The notes under the pieces were generated by a model. The model was not told the DNA's origin, did not search any database, and was given only the letters and a program-made list of their open reading frames with translations. A program made the position numbers and the translations under genes. DNA of 61,153 nucleotides, counting the filler. It is 5 parts of 5 records of this genome, joined end to end, with 100 filler letters (N's around TTAATTAATTAA, not from the genome) between each part and the next. Parts side by side here need not be neighbours in the genome. Positions count along the whole stretch, not along the records: positions 30,377 to 55,120 come from SRR31156797_10417; positions 55,221 to 61,153 come from SRR31156797_10431; 3 more parts are not named here. One strand, 5' to 3'. Positions 49,897-61,153 of this stretch are shown one piece after another (the stretch's first letter is position 1; every line of letters begins with the position of its first letter).

Positions 49897-52316
49897 ATAT
49901 CTCCTTCTTTGACAGGCTGTACAGGAAACGTCACCTCAAACACTGTCCCCTTGTTCCGGGAACTGAAGGCTTCGATTTCCCCTCCCAGTTCATCTATATA
50001 ACCATAGACTATTGCCAGCCCTAAACCTGTCCCTTCGTTTATCTCTTTGGTTGTAAAAAATGGATCAAAAATTAATGGCAGGTTTTGCGGTTCAATTCCA
50101 CCGCCATTATCAATAACTTTCATAATGACAGAATGTTTAAGGGCATCGTACTGAACCTGAACGGTAATCTGGCCATCCGTTGTATTGATGGCATCGAGTG
50201 CGTTAATTAATAAATTTAAAACAATATGCTCAACAACCTGCGGTTCTACTTGCACTGGAGGGGTATCTTGTTCGCCTGAAAAATTCAACTGCACCCCTTT
50301 CTTGGCCGCCTGAACTTGAAAAACAGCTGTGACGCTTTCAACAACCTCGCTAATATTGGTTTTTCTGTGAGTTGCAACTTTTGGTCTGGCAAAATTGAGT
50401 AAGTCAAGCAAAACAGCTTGGGCCTGTTTGGTGTGTTTGATAACCACATCAACATCGTTTTGCTGCTGCGGTTCCTGAATAGTTTTTTTCAGTAACTCTG
50501 CATAGCAGAGAATTACACCCATGGGATTATTAAGCTCGTGGGCAAGTCCGGCTGCAAGTTTCCCGACTGTGGCCATTTTTTCAGAACGCACAACTTGCTC
50601 TACCATCTTCTTCTTTTCTGTTGACTCGTTAATGGCAACAATGGCCTTTTCAGCGCCAAACTCTTTACCTGATAAAGGAAAGGAGGTTATGGTAAAGCTA
50701 CGGCCGTTATCGAGCAAAATATCAAGGCTATGTGATTGATCACAGAGGGCTCGTAGTGAAATGTTGCTGTTTTTATCCACATTATAATCAAACAGGTAAG
50801 GGAGAAGGTTATCTGTTTGATTACACTGAACTTCAGAGGCAAGAATTGATGCTGCTTTATTAGCAAGTATCATATTTTTCTGACGGTCAATTAAAAAGAG
50901 CGGATCTTTTATCCCATCAACAATTGTTTGCAAATCCCTGCTTTGCCTTAAAATGGAGTCCAAAGCTGCAAGATATTCTACCGAAATGCCAAGCTGTCTT
51001 CCCACAGCCATTAGCATCTCCTTTTTGCTGTCAGGGAAATAATCACCCGTCTGTCGCTCAAGATAAAGAATGCCCTCAATATTATCAGTTGTGCTGCCAA
51101 CAGGAATATACGCACTCCTGCCTTCAATTCTGACTTTTGGCTCTGTCAGCATATCTATATAATCTGCAGGGAGTTGATGTTGGGTATCTTCATTAGGCCA
51201 GGAAAAGGTTCGGTTGGAAGAAAAGGTGCAAATATATGATGCCGAAACAAGATTAAAACGTCGTGCAAGAAGTGGCAGAACCGCAGACCATAACTGAGGA
51301 CCTTTTTGAGAATGACGAAGAGTGCTGAGGATGTTCAAGAATAAATCTAGATCCTGTTTATGATTACGGCTCTCCTGGCGAAGCTCATCGGTACGGATGG
51401 TGACCTCGTTTTCCAGGTCAGCATTGTATTGTTTAAGCTGTTTTTCCGTTTCATAGAGATGTTGACTCAATCCTTGCATCCCTTCAATCATCTCTTCAAT
51501 TTCATCGCCATGTTCAACTTTGCGTAAAAGTTCTTCTCCTTTCTGATCACTAAAATTTTTACGGAAATGGGTTGTAAGGGTTTTGAAATTTACAATGACA
51601 ACCTGTCGAAAGGTTAAATATGTAAGAATGAGAACAAGAGCAGATACCGCTAGATAGGAAAAGATATAAAAAAACATGCGATCACCACTCTGGGTAACAT
51701 ATGGTTTGGTAGGGATGCCAACCAAATCAATCCCATCTATACCATTTAGAGTGTGGTGGAAACCTCGGTTTCCATATTTTTCAATTAATTCTTTTGGGGC
51801 ATCAGATGGGTTACCGTGACAGGTCATGCATCCGGCACTAAATTGTACAGGTCGTGCCATGATAAATACCTGTTTGTCTCCTATTTTTCTATAGCCTTTC
51901 CATAAATTTTCATCTGTATGTGCTCTAAAGTATGCGAGTAGTTCTGTTTCTGTCTCATTTGCTTCAAACTTGGCGTTTCGCGCATTCACAGCAACCCGCC
52001 GAAAAAAATATTCTGTCTCTTGTTCACTATTTCCTTCCATAATCGCCCGCGAAATATAGGAAGAGGACATCGCTTCCACCACAAAGGTGTCGGGTAAAAT
52101 GGCATACATCTTAGGGCGCAGGTTTTGACGTACATAGCTTTGAATAGCATCGACCTGCTGAAGGATAATCTCAGCCGTCGTATTGATCTCATCATCCAGT
52201 GCGTTCTTCATGAAATAGTAGAGCAGTGTAATGATAAGAGCACTGACAAGAAGGACAGAGCCTATCAGGCCAAGGATAAATTTTGACTGAAGAGAGTATG
52301 GGCGGGGGATTTTCAT
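49893..52316 (-). CDS. sensor histidine kinase with periplasmic c-type heme (DUF3365/Tll0287-like) domain
   Basis: TM, NARN..ARPV..CMTCHG (CxxCH), TM, HAMP-like, PAS-like, [19 protein letters not shown]. Confidence 0.88.
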   Translation of the reverse strand: MKIPRPYSLQSKFILGLIGSVLLVSALIITLLYYFMKNALDDEINTTAEIILQQVDAIQSYVRQNLRPKMYAILPDTFVVEAMSSSYISRAIMEGNSEQETEYFFRRVAVNARNAKFEANETETELLAYFRAHTDENLWKGYRKIGDKQVFIMARPVQFSAGCMTCHGNPSDAPKELIEKYGNRGFHHTLNGIDGIDLVGIPTKPYVTQSGDRMFFYIFSYLAVSALVLILTYLTFRQVVIVNFKTLTTHFRKNFSDQKGEELLRKVEHGDEIEEMIEGMQGLSQHLYETEKQLKQYNADLENEVTIRTDELRQESRNHKQDLDLFLNILSTLRHSQKGPQLWSAVLPLLARRFNLVSASYICTFSSNRTFSWPNEDTQHQLPADYIDMLTEPKVRIEGRSAYIPVGSTTDNIEGILYLERQTGDYFPDSKKEMLMAVGRQLGISVEYLAALDSILRQSRDLQTIVDGIKDPLFLIDRQKNMILANKAASILASEVQCNQTDNLLPYLFDYNVDKNSNISLRALCDQSHSLDILLDNGRSFTITSFPLSGKEFGAEKAIVAINESTEKKKMVEQVVRSEKMATVGKLAAGLAHELNNPMGVILCYAELLKKTIQEPQQQNDVDVVIKHTKQAQAVLLDLLNFARPKVATHRKTNISEVVESVTAVFQVQAAKKGVQLNFSGEQDTPPVQVEPQVVEHIVLNLLINALDAINTTDGQITVQVQYDALKHSVIMKVIDNGGGIEPQNLPLIFDPFFTTKEINEGTGLGLAIVYGYIDELGGEIEAFSSRNKGTVFEVTFPVQPVKEGDI

Positions 52317-52472
52317 GTATCACCCATAAAAAGAAGGTTAGAAAGTTTCAACCTGCCGGTTGTATAAACAGAATTGACAGATTGAAACATACACAAAGAA
52401 GGGCCATCAGGCTAGCCACTACCCTTCTTTAGTCTAAAAATCCTGACCAGGAGTCAGGATAGAATAGGACAA

Positions 52473-52721
52473 CTATTTTCCGGAAAAATATTCAATGGTA
52501 CTTCTGGCACCAATATCTGCGTGAGTAACTATTTCCACGTCAGTGTAATAAAATTGGCCGGTGTCAATGCCACTTTCATCAATAAAGTCAGCAAGAATCT
52601 GAAAGCTGTGAAATGATCTGGTTATTGCCGGCAAAACAACAAATGTCATTGACCAGATGATAATAATTGAACCGACCAAACCAGCCCAGCCCTTTATCCG
52701 TGTTTTTTCACTTTCACTCAT
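52473..52721 (-). CDS. small single-TM hypothetical protein downstream of YeiH
   Basis: One TM, then IDESGIDTGQFYYTDVE; ATG 52721. Confidence 0.65.
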   Translation of the reverse strand: MSESEKTRIKGWAGLVGSIIIIWSMTFVVLPAITRSFHSFQILADFIDESGIDTGQFYYTDVEIVTHADIGARSTIEYFSGK

Positions 52722-52738
52722 AGCCTTTTCCCCCGAAG

Positions 52739-52782
52739 TATATTTTACCTGTGCGAGGCTCACCCCGCACAGGTAAAATATA
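52739..52782. other. hairpin after the YeiH gene
   Basis: TATATTTTACCTGTGCG-N10-CGCACAGGTAAAATATA. Confidence 0.75.
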
Positions 52783-52784
52783 TA

Positions 52785-54539
52785 TTAGATGTTGGCTGTA
52801 ATGTCTGGGAACACTAAGTAGAACATAATGTAAGCCATTGTAAGGGTCAAAATCAGATTAAAAGACTGACCGCATGCATACAGAATTAACGGTTTACCAC
52901 CTTTGAAGTAATGAGCAAGCTCACGAAAGTTGGTAGCAAGACCAATTGCCGCAAAGGAAAAACAGAAGAACCAGCCACGACAGGTTTTTGTAAATCCACG
53001 GAGAACACCATTGTCAATCATTGTGAAACCTACATCTGGACCAAGTTTGGTGTAAATCAGTGAGAAAATAATTGATGCGGCCAAGAAGCCGAGAACAAAC
53101 TTTGGAAAACGATGCCAAATTTCCATCCAACCAACTTTTTGGCCCGGTACGTTATCAACACGTGCTGCCCAGTAGACAGCAATACCAAATGCTGTCATAC
53201 CGATTAGTACATTCTGGATCATCTTAATGGTTGCAGCAACATAGAGTGCTTTTTCTGAAAGAAATGCTCCCGCAGCGGCAACAGCGCCGGTTGCATCAAT
53301 GGTTCCACCCATCCAGGCACCACCAAGAATGTACGGCATGCCTGTTGCCTTAATAATAGCAGGCATGACGATCATCATGATGGAGGTGAAAATGAGTGAA
53401 AGGCCAATTGCAAGGGTCAACTCTTCTTTTTTCGCACGACATGCTGCGGCTGCGGCAATAGCAGCGGAAGTTCCACAGACTGACATATCAGATGAGATAA
53501 CCATGTTCAGCGTTTTTGAAGGTATTTTGAGAACTTTTTGACCAAAAATGAATGTAGTAATCAAAACAACCGGGGTAACAAACCAAGCAACAAAAATTCC
53601 AGGAACACCGATGGCGACGATCTTATTAAAAAGGACCTCTGCGCCGAGCAGGACAAGGCCAGTTTTAATAAAAAATTCTACCTGGAGAGCGGGCTTGATC
53701 CACTTTGGGGTTCCAACGGTATTGGCGATGATCATACCTATGGCAATAGCCCAGGCAGCATACCCAATGCCATAGTGCTTCATTGTTGCCTGACCAGCCA
53801 TAACATAAGAAATAACACTTACTGCAAAAACGGCGATAAAACCGAGGAGAAACTTAGGTACAGATTCACCCATGAATTTGATACCTATCGAGAAAAAGAG
53901 GCCCATCAAAACCATCAATCCTAAAAGAGATGGAATATGGTTGTACGGTTTTTGGCTAGCTTTCTTTTTGGCAGAAGCTTTTTTAGCGTTGGCTTTCCGC
54001 CAGTCATCAATTTTCTTGGATGTTAACTCATTTAGTTCCTGGTTTTGAAAGTTGGCAGCCTGAGCTTTGGCCTCTGCTGCAACAGCTGCAGCTTTCGCTT
54101 TGGCTGCTAAATTTTCAGCTTCTTCATATTTAGGTTTATTTTTTGCGTTAATAGCATCAGCTGTTTCCTGATTTATGATAAATGCATCCATTGGATTATC
54201 TTTCCACTTGGATGGCTTAGACATAAATGAGGCAATTTTCTTTGCAAAGCTCTGGTTTCTTGCCTTAACTTTTTCTTTGGCATCCTGAGCATCAATAAAT
54301 GCCACCGTTTTAAATGGTGCGCGCTCAGATTCTGCCTGCATGATTGCATTTGACTTGGTAAAAACTTCCTCCATTCCTTCCGGCTTATTGGGCATAAACA
54401 TTACAAACCCAACGAGCAGAAGGAAGAAACCAAGCCATATCGCCCAATAATCTTCTTTCTTCCACAGGTCGCTTAACTTACTTTGTCCCTCGTCAACAAC
54501 AATATTTTCTGTTGTTGCCTTTTTGTTCGCTTCAGCCAT
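52785..54539 (-). CDS. YeiH / putative sulfate exporter (PSE) family transporter with long periplasmic insertion
   Basis: [48 protein letters not shown]; Ala/Lys-rich insertion; RBS AAGGAGG. Confidence 0.88.
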   Translation of the reverse strand: MAEANKKATTENIVVDEGQSKLSDLWKKEDYWAIWLGFFLLLVGFVMFMPNKPEGMEEVFTKSNAIMQAESERAPFKTVAFIDAQDAKEKVKARNQSFAKKIASFMSKPSKWKDNPMDAFIINQETADAINAKNKPKYEEAENLAAKAKAAAVAAEAKAQAANFQNQELNELTSKKIDDWRKANAKKASAKKKASQKPYNHIPSLLGLMVLMGLFFSIGIKFMGESVPKFLLGFIAVFAVSVISYVMAGQATMKHYGIGYAAWAIAIGMIIANTVGTPKWIKPALQVEFFIKTGLVLLGAEVLFNKIVAIGVPGIFVAWFVTPVVLITTFIFGQKVLKIPSKTLNMVISSDMSVCGTSAAIAAAAACRAKKEELTLAIGLSLIFTSIMMIVMPAIIKATGMPYILGGAWMGGTIDATGAVAAAGAFLSEKALYVAATIKMIQNVLIGMTAFGIAVYWAARVDNVPGQKVGWMEIWHRFPKFVLGFLAASIIFSLIYTKLGPDVGFTMIDNGVLRGFTKTCRGWFFCFSFAAIGLATNFRELAHYFKGGKPLILYACGQSFNLILTLTMAYIMFYLVFPDITANI

Positions 54540-54633
54540 TTATATATCCTCCTTGGGAATTTATATAAGCTGCTTTACATTTGATCTCTTGCACGCGGCT
54601 TGCACAGAGCAATTTTAAAAACTCCTCCTTTTA

Positions 54634-54650
54634 AGCACATTGTGTGCCAA
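54634..54650 (-). promoter_or_regulatory. sigma54 (-24/-12) promoter upstream of YeiH
   Basis: Minus strand TTGGCACACAATGTGCT; GG-GC spacing 12 bp. Confidence 0.8.
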
Positions 54651-55093
54651 TAGGTAATGTGTTGAAATTATAACATGTTTTCTAAAGTAAGTTTTTTGAA
54701 GAAAGCAAATGTGGTAACTTGTGTTTGCGTATATGAAAGGCGAGTTATCAGAAAGATGTCCCCTGAATATTGCTAATTATTCGTATAAAGATTACTGGAT
54801 GCTCATCAGGTTACCCCGCATTCACTGGAGCGTGAGTACTGCCACTAAGGGGGGCGGGTTCTATTAGGGCTAAAGCAGTGTTGCTCTATTTTGATTTGGT
54901 GTACTACGAAGAGGCAACTCAGGATTGAGACATATTGCTCAAAGAAATGAAGATAGGTTTTTTTAAAAGGGCTTCACGCTGGGTGGTACCCACACGTACA
55001 TGTGTCAGAAAAGTTAAGTGGATGGTGTAGAGGGCTGAAAGTGATCTTTTAGTGGTGTGCTTTACCCCTTCTTCGGTGATGCACTTGGCGTAT

Positions 55094-55120
55094 TGCGTAT
55101 TCCACTGAATCCGGCCACCC
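55094..55120. mobile_element. probable IS21-family terminal inverted repeat at the contig end
   Basis: TGCGTATTCCACTGAATCCGGCCACCC resembles IS21-family ends; the assembly breaks here. Confidence 0.55.
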
Positions 55121-55220
55121 NNNNNNNNNNNNNNNNNNNNNNNNNNNNNNNNNNNNNNNNNNNNTTAATTAATTAANNNNNNNNNNNNNNNNNNNNNNNN
55201 NNNNNNNNNNNNNNNNNNNN
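55121..55220. other. artificial contig spacer
   Basis: N-run + TTAATTAATTAA + N-run. Confidence 0.99.
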
Positions 55221-55390
55221 ACAATCTCCTATAAATAAACTAAATAAGCCAAGTAATATACACAAATACCAAGGCAAAAGGCAAAAGATAATTCGGTAAA
55301 CTGTAGACGGAGAACAGTGAACAGTAAACAGGAATTCTTAGCATGTAAAATAAAGAGAATTGGATGTGAGCTAAGGTTACAATTATCCCC

Positions 55391-55417
55391 AAAAAAAGGC
55401 CCCGAAATTTCGGGGCC
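55391..55417 (-). terminator. intrinsic terminator after rubrerythrin
   Basis: Minus strand GGCCCCGAAATTTCGGGGCC + TTTTTTT. Confidence 0.85.
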
Positions 55418-55450
55418 ATGTTTTACGTCTTTCGATAAACGCTTTACGTT

Positions 55451-56035
55451 TTAATAATTTTCAACCCACAGTTCAAAGTATTTCTGTCCATGTGCGCAAA
55501 CCGGGCAAATTTCGGGTGCTTCGATATCTTCGACAATGTGTCCGCAATTCTTGCAGATCCAAAGGACCTTACCATCTTTCTTGAAAACTTCGTGATCTTT
55601 GATGTTTTTCATAAGTTTGCGATAGCGGGCTTCATGACGAGCTTCAACTTCGGCGACACCGCGCCAAACGTTTGCGATCTCGGGGTAACCTTCTTCATCT
55701 GCAATGTCGGCAAACATAGGATAAAGTTCTTCCCATTCTTCCTGTTCACCATTTGCGGCATATTCAAGGTTTTTCATCGTGTCGTCTTGACCGACAGGGT
55801 AGCCGGCATTGATCTCAACAACCGATCCGTCCATTCCATTGGCTAACAATTGTTTGTAGAACAGCTTGGCGTGTTCTTTTTCATTATCGGCCGTTTCGAT
55901 AAAAATCTCAGCTATTTGAAGGTAACCTTCTTTTTTAGCTGCTGAAGCATAGTAGGTATAGCGCATTCTTGCCTGACTTTCGCCCGCGAAGGATTTCATC
56001 AGGTTTTCACATGTTTTACTGTCTTTAAATTCCAT
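55451..56035 (-). CDS. rbr: rubrerythrin
   Basis: FAGESQAR, NEKEHA, EARHE, rubredoxin CKNCG..CPVCAH; ATG 56035 with RBS AAGGAG. Confidence 0.95.
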   Translation of the reverse strand: MEFKDSKTCENLMKSFAGESQARMRYTYYASAAKKEGYLQIAEIFIETADNEKEHAKLFYKQLLANGMDGSVVEINAGYPVGQDDTMKNLEYAANGEQEEWEELYPMFADIADEEGYPEIANVWRGVAEVEARHEARYRKLMKNIKDHEVFKKDGKVLWICKNCGHIVEDIEAPEICPVCAHGQKYFELWVENY

Positions 56036-56045
56036 ATTATTCTCC

Positions 56046-56426
56046 TTAAGATTCCCAAAGTCCGTGTAAATTACACCATTCACGCGCTTTGATCACATCA
56101 GCTTTTTTAATCGGGAAGAATGCTTCAGGAGCATCACCGGGTTTTAATTCAGCCTTGAGGACCATGGTTTCTGTGTGAACCTCAATGAATTTGATCAAAT
56201 GATCTTCATTCATAGGATGAGCCTGGTTTTGGCCAACCTTAACCAAAACACCGCCTTCAACTTCTTCTACGTAAGGAACGTGTTTTTCAAGAGTTGAATC
56301 TTCACTTTTGGCTTCAAGTTTTTGCATTTTTTGATTACAACAAACAAGGGCAGAAGCGCCTTCGTTGTTGACTTCGATCACATTGCCGCAAATAGGGCAA
56401 TAATAGATCTCGCGTAATTTAGTCAT
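56046..56426 (-). CDS. dfx: desulfoferrodoxin (2Fe superoxide reductase)
   Basis: CPICGN..VCC, EKHVP, HPM..H, WCNLHGLW. Confidence 0.95.
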   Translation of the reverse strand: MTKLREIYYCPICGNVIEVNNEGASALVCCNQKMQKLEAKSEDSTLEKHVPYVEEVEGGVLVKVGQNQAHPMNEDHLIKFIEVHTETMVLKAELKPGDAPEAFFPIKKADVIKAREWCNLHGLWES

Positions 56427-56444
56427 AGTGACCTCCCTGTTGTG

Positions 56445-56951
56445 TTATTCAGCCGGCGGGGTGAAAACCCGGGCGGACAATTCTTTATCGAGCATCAGCA
56501 TACCTTGGCCTTTGCCGTCGATAAGCTTTAATTGATCGATTATTGTATTGAAACTATCTTCTTCTTCAACTTGTTCGTCAACATACCAGTTCAAAAAGCT
56601 TTTTGCTGCATGATCACTTACTTCAATGGCAACGTCCATTAATTTATTGATCAGTGATGTGACAAGCATTTCGTGTGCCAGGCTTTCTTCAAAAACCGCC
56701 ATGGGTGAATCAAATTCAATTGGTGGTTGCTCAATGGCATCAAGAACCACGCGTCCACCACGCTCATTCAAATAATTAAAGAATTTTAATGCGTGATAAT
56801 GTTCTTCTTCTGCCTGAACTTTCATAAAATGCGCCATACCGGGCAAGCCCTGGTCATCAAGATAAGCAGACATTGAGAGATACAGATATTCAGAATACAA
56901 TTCGCGGTTTATCTGGTAGTTGATCTGCTTTTCCAGTTTTTTGTTTATCAT
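56445..56951 (-). CDS. ftnA: non-heme ferritin
   Basis: NRELYSEYLYLSM, QAEEEHYHA, WYVDEQVEEE. Confidence 0.93.
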   Translation of the reverse strand: MINKKLEKQINYQINRELYSEYLYLSMSAYLDDQGLPGMAHFMKVQAEEEHYHALKFFNYLNERGGRVVLDAIEQPPIEFDSPMAVFEESLAHEMLVTSLINKLMDVAIEVSDHAAKSFLNWYVDEQVEEEDSFNTIIDQLKLIDGKGQGMLMLDKELSARVFTPPAE

Positions 56952-57241
56952 AATTACCTCCGTTTATTTTTGTAAATATACAATAATTATTGATATATCC
57001 AAAATTTCGCTGGAAGAAATTTGAATAAGCTTTCTGAACCGCATAAGCGTATCATAATCAAAGTCTTGACAATGAATACAAAACACAGTATAATTCAATT
57101 CACTTAATAAATAGCCCTTTGGAACAATATCTGCGATCAAGATATTATTATTCTTAGTAGCGCAGATATTAAATCATAAGCCTTTCGTTGGTTTAAAGGT
57201 ATGACCAACCAAACTATTTCATACAAAAGAAAGGATGAAAT

Positions 57242-57487
57242 ATGGAAAAAGCTGAATTGATTTCAAGAGTGAAGAAAGTGATTGCACAGGTACTTGAAGT
57301 GAGCGAATCGGATATAACTGATGACGCAAATTTCATTTTTGATCTGGGTGCGGATTCGATGCAGAGCTTGCAACTGGTAGCGGCTTTTGAAGAAGAATTT
57401 GATATAGAGATGGAGGAAGATGAAGCGCTCGGGGTGCAAAGTGTATCCGGAGCAGTGGAGTACATTGGCAGTCTTGTGAATGCGTAG
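57242..57487 (+). CDS. acpP: acyl carrier protein
   Basis: Acidic 81 aa, DLGADSM phosphopantetheine motif, FEEEFDIE. Confidence 0.88.
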   Translation: MEKAELISRVKKVIAQVLEVSESDITDDANFIFDLGADSMQSLQLVAAFEEEFDIEMEEDEALGVQSVSGAVEYIGSLVNA

Positions 57488-57496
57488 GAGGTGTTC

Positions 57497-59644
57497 ATGG
57501 GAAAAATCAACAAAACCCGGGAACAGATACACGCCATTTTTTATCCCGAATCTGTGGCGGTTATTGGTGCCAATAATGTAAAGGGAAGCGTTCCCTTTGA
57601 TATATTCAATAATATTCTCAAGGACGATTTCAAGGGAACCCTATTCCCCGTAAGTCCACGCGAGAAATCGATCTGTTCAGTTAAAACGTATAAATATCTA
57701 ACCGACATTCCCGATGATGTGGATATGGGCGTTCTTGTATTTCCCTCTTCGGTCGCACATCTTGCTTTAGAGCAATGCGGGCAGAAGGGCATCAAGTCCA
57801 TGATCATTATTTCTGCAGGATTCCGGGAGGTCGGCGGCAAAGGTATTGAACGGGAAAAAATGGTTAAGGATATTGCAGACAAATACGGCATATCCTATAT
57901 AGGGCCAAATTGTCTGGGTGTGATCAACACAGACCCGACATGTCATTTCAATGCATCCTTTGCAAGAAAAATGCCCAAACAAGGACACATCGCATTTTTA
58001 AGTCAAAGCGGCGCTTTATGTACAGCTGTGCTGGATTATGCTGAAGCCAGGAATATCGGGTTTTCAAAATTCGTGTCCTTTGGAAATAAAGGCGATGTTG
58101 ATGAGGTTGACCTGATCAACTATCTGAAAGATGATCCTTTAACGAAAGTTATTCTGGTATATCTTGAAGAAGTGACAGACGGTCCCGCCCTAATGGAAGC
58201 GGCCAGCAATGTGATAAAGGAAACAGGCAAGGCCGTATTGATCTTGAAAAGCGGACGTACCGAAGAGGGTGCTTCGGCAGCTTCTTCTCATACGGGCTCC
58301 CTTGCCGGATCTGACGATATTTGTGATGCGGCTTTCGAACAGGCAGGTATTATACGCTGTGATGATATTGAACAAATGTTCAATTATGCAACGGCCTTAG
58401 CCTGGAGAGAGGCTCCCAAAGGTCGACGAACCGCTATCATTACCAACGCCGGTGGACCCGGTGTTCTTGCAACTGATATGGCGATCACGCAAGGGTTGAC
58501 ACTTGCAAAATTCTCTGATGAAACGACAGCTGTATTGAAAAAAGCCCTGCCGGCTACCGCAAATATCAAGAATCCCGTGGATGTCATCGGTGACGCCCGG
58601 GCAGACAGGTATGACGCCGCGATCAATGCGATCATGGCGGATGAAAATGTTGACAGTGTGGGGGTTATTCTAACACCGCAATCAATGACCGATATCGACG
58701 ATATTGCCGATGGGATCATCAATGATGCCGAACATTTTGATAAAACACTCTATACTTCTTTCATGGGTGAAGCTGATGTTCGCAGCGGTATTCAGAAGTT
58801 TCTAAACCACAAGATCCCGCATTACACATTACCAGAGGATATGTGTAGAAGTTTGGCTGTTGCAACGAAATTCAATGAAACCAGACACCGTCTTGAACAT
58901 GCAGTTCCTCCTCCGTCGCTGAAAACAAGTGAAGAATGCAAAGCGGCATTCAAAGCAGTCGCCGATGAAGGAAGGACCGGGTTGACGGAAATCGAAGCCA
59001 TTGATATTCTGGAGAACAGCGGGCTATCTTTGCCGCAGCATAAGCTAGTTGCCGACAAGAAAGATTTGAAATCAGCCTTGATTGGTTTTGAATTTCCCAT
59101 TGTAATGAAGATCATGAGTCATGATATTCAACACAAAACAGATTGCGGTGGTGTCAAGCTGGGCATCGAAGATGCAGTAGAAGCGGAAAAGGCATGGAAT
59201 AAGATCATGAAGTCCGTGAGACAAGTACATCCCGGAGCTGAAATTGACGGTATACTTGTAGAGGAAATGGTCGATGCCGGAACCGAAGTTATCATCGGAG
59301 TTAAACGTGATCCCTCATTCGGACCTGTGATCATGTTCGGAATGGGCGGTATTTATGTTGAACTCTACAAAGATGTGATCTTCCGTGTTGCGCCTTTGAG
59401 CGAAGCGGATTGCGATGATATGATAAACGGTATCAAAGCATCAAAACTACTGAAAGGATACAGAGGCTCGAAACCGGTGGATCTGGAGGCATTGAAGAAG
59501 ACCATGCTTGCAGTTTCCGATCTGGCGATCTCCGTGCCGGAGATCAGCGAGCTGGACATCAATCCGCTGATATTGTATCCCGAAGGCAAGGGCTGCTATG
59601 TCGCGGACATTAACATTCAATTAAAAAGAAAGGTTAAAAAATGA
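57497..59644 (+). CDS. ADP-forming acetate/acyl-CoA ligase, fused alpha-beta
   Basis: [28 protein letters not shown] (phospho-His), [22 protein letters not shown]; no GNAT domain. Confidence 0.9.
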   Translation: MGKINKTREQIHAIFYPESVAVIGANNVKGSVPFDIFNNILKDDFKGTLFPVSPREKSICSVKTYKYLTDIPDDVDMGVLVFPSSVAHLALEQCGQKGIKSMIIISAGFREVGGKGIEREKMVKDIADKYGISYIGPNCLGVINTDPTCHFNASFARKMPKQGHIAFLSQSGALCTAVLDYAEARNIGFSKFVSFGNKGDVDEVDLINYLKDDPLTKVILVYLEEVTDGPALMEAASNVIKETGKAVLILKSGRTEEGASAASSHTGSLAGSDDICDAAFEQAGIIRCDDIEQMFNYATALAWREAPKGRRTAIITNAGGPGVLATDMAITQGLTLAKFSDETTAVLKKALPATANIKNPVDVIGDARADRYDAAINAIMADENVDSVGVILTPQSMTDIDDIADGIINDAEHFDKTLYTSFMGEADVRSGIQKFLNHKIPHYTLPEDMCRSLAVATKFNETRHRLEHAVPPPSLKTSEECKAAFKAVADEGRTGLTEIEAIDILENSGLSLPQHKLVADKKDLKSALIGFEFPIVMKIMSHDIQHKTDCGGVKLGIEDAVEAEKAWNKIMKSVRQVHPGAEIDGILVEEMVDAGTEVIIGVKRDPSFGPVIMFGMGGIYVELYKDVIFRVAPLSEADCDDMINGIKASKLLKGYRGSKPVDLEALKKTMLAVSDLAISVPEISELDINPLILYPEGKGCYVADINIQLKRKVKK

Positions 59645-60453
59645 GATTAGTCATTCATAACGATTATGAAATAATGAGCAAATGGACAGCTCACTATATA
59701 GCAAAAAAAATCAAAGAATATAACCCAACACCTGATGATCCTTATGTCATTGGACTTCCTACGGGTTCATCGCCCATCGGAACATACAATGAGTTGATCA
59801 AGCTTTATAAAGAAGGTAAAATATCATTCAAGAACGTTGTTACTTTCAATATGGATGAGTATGTGGGTATTTCCGAGGATCATCCGGAAAGCTATCATTA
59901 TTTTATGCATCACTATTTGTTTGATCATATTGATATTCCCAAAGAAAATATCAACATATTGAATGGGAATGCCGCAGATCTGGAAGCAGAATGCCAACGC
60001 TATGAAGACAAAATTGCCGAGTACGGCCCGATCCGTTTGTTTTTGGGCGGCATCGGTCCCGACGGCCACATTGCTTTCAATGAGCCCGGCTCTTCGCTTG
60101 TTTCAAAGACCCGTATCAAGACCTTAACACACGATACGATCCTGGCAAATGCACGTTTCTTTGACAACAATATTGATCTTGTGCCAAAAACCGCTTTAAC
60201 CGTAGGTGTTGGCACCGTACTTGGTTCAGAGGAAGTGATCATTCTGATCAATGGATATAAAAAAGCCCGTGCTTTACATATGGTCGTTGAAGAAGGCGTC
60301 AATCACATGTGGACGGTCTCGGCACTTCAACTGCACAATAAGGCCATGATCGTTTGTGACGACGAAGCCACCTACGATTTGAAAGTTGGCACAGCCAGAT
60401 ATTTCAAAGATATTGAAAAAGACGCCATAAAAAACCTGCCTAAGTTCGGGTAA
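59641..60453 (+). CDS. nagB: glucosamine-6-phosphate deaminase
   Basis: [35 protein letters not shown]. Confidence 0.96.
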   Translation: MRLVIHNDYEIMSKWTAHYIAKKIKEYNPTPDDPYVIGLPTGSSPIGTYNELIKLYKEGKISFKNVVTFNMDEYVGISEDHPESYHYFMHHYLFDHIDIPKENINILNGNAADLEAECQRYEDKIAEYGPIRLFLGGIGPDGHIAFNEPGSSLVSKTRIKTLTHDTILANARFFDNNIDLVPKTALTVGVGTVLGSEEVIILINGYKKARALHMVVEEGVNHMWTVSALQLHNKAMIVCDDEATYDLKVGTARYFKDIEKDAIKNLPKFG

Positions 60454-60514
60454 GAAATATAAGTAAAACAGGATAAACATTCCTTTGTAACCACATAATA
60501 ATGGTGAGGAAATT

Positions 60515-61153
60515 ATGACATCCAGAAAACTTACTGTAAGCGAAATTGAAATATTAGAAAAACAAAATTGTCATGCGAAGAACTGGGATCTCGTAAAAGT
60601 GGATCCCGGTTTTGATCCGACTCTTATCAACAGTTGTCTTTTCAGCGGTGGTATCGAGATCGGGGATCAATGCGAACTATATGCAAGCAAGATCCACAAT
60701 TGCCGTATCGGGAATAAAGTGCGTATCTCAAATGTTACCTGGTTGGCAGATTACAAGATCGGAAACTCGGTCATTCTGGAAGCTATCGGCGAGATCAGCA
60801 TGAGCGGTGAAAGTAAATTCGGTAACGGCTGTGTGCTGGATATTCTGAACGAAGGCGGCGGCAGGGAACTGACACTATTTAATGATCTGAATGCCCAGAT
60901 CGCCTATCTTCAGGTTTTATATAAGCACCATCCGAAATTTTCAGAAAAACTACAGGTCCTTATTGATAAGGAAGTAGCAGGTAAAACATCCAAAACCGGA
61001 ACGATTGCCAATAATGTTAAAATACGTCATTGTTCCTCTATTCAAGATGTTAACGTTTGCTCTTATGCCAATATCCGTGGAGCTAAGCGTTTAAAGAATG
61101 GAAGTATTCTCAGTTCAGAGAACGCACCTGTTTTTATTGGCGAAGGTGTTATT
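60515..61153 (+). CDS. DUF4954-like protein, 5' part (runs off window)
   Basis: Open frame MTSRKLTVSEIEILEKQNCHAKNW..FGNG..LNEGGGRE..NAQIAY with beta-helix-like repeats; RBS GAGG; absent from the ORF track. Confidence 0.75.
   Translation, partial: MTSRKLTVSEIEILEKQNCHAKNWDLVKVDPGFDPTLINSCLFSGGIEIGDQCELYASKIHNCRIGNKVRISNVTWLADYKIGNSVILEAIGEISMSGESKFGNGCVLDILNEGGGRELTLFNDLNAQIAYLQVLYKHHPKFSEKLQVLIDKEVAGKTSKTGTIANNVKIRHCSSIQDVNVCSYANIRGAKRLKNGSILSSENAPVFIGEGVI

Noticed and set aside
57497-59644. Protein lysine acetyltransferase (Pat/YfiQ)
   Set aside because: No GNAT domain and the catalytic His (SHTG) is retained, fitting an active ADP-forming ligase
1-61153. CRISPR arrays, tRNA or rRNA genes, prophage genes
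   Set aside because: No regularly spaced direct repeats, RNA-gene signatures or phage hallmark proteins were seen

Overview
The window is not one genome. Five unrelated contigs are joined by 100-bp artificial spacers (N-run + TTAATTAATTAA + N-run) at 8643-8742, 21442-21541, 30277-30376 and 55121-55220. Taxonomy below is inferred from composition and protein style, not from a search. (1) 1-8642, AT-rich, Campylobacterota-like: a sigma54-preceded operon of a SIR2-like protein, a divergent ClpX and a small hypothetical, resembling nif-accessory genes; also a LUD protein, a back-to-back two-component system, an AEC carrier and TRAP dctPQM. (2) 8743-21441, AT-rich, Fusobacteriota-like: glyA end, a RelA/SpoT-domain synthetase, a metallophosphoesterase, fruR-fruK-fruA, MazG-like, fetAB-like, a porin and the ychF start. 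(3) 21542-30276, Desulfobacteraceae-like: one minus-strand operon of TonB receptor, FecBCDE-type ABC, Gate-domain membrane protein, helical-repeat protein and DUF2117-like protein, behind a long structured leader. (4) 30377-55120, Desulfobulbales-like: a ~15 kb sigma54-driven 12-gene cluster (sensors, cytoplasmic Phs/Psr-like molybdoenzyme, TauE with a large periplasmic domain, DUF106-like protein, PEP-synthase-like kinase, Cys phosphatase, enhancer-binding protein), a GGDEF pseudogene, a radical SAM gene, a heme-c sensor kinase with a frameshifted regulator, a YeiH transporter and an IS21-type end. (5) 55221-61153, anaerobe: ferritin-desulfoferrodoxin-rubrerythrin and ACP-acetate CoA ligase-nagB-DUF4954. 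The best candidates for undescribed systems are the DUF2117/TonB uptake operon and the sigma54 sulfur-oxyanion kinase/phosphatase cluster.
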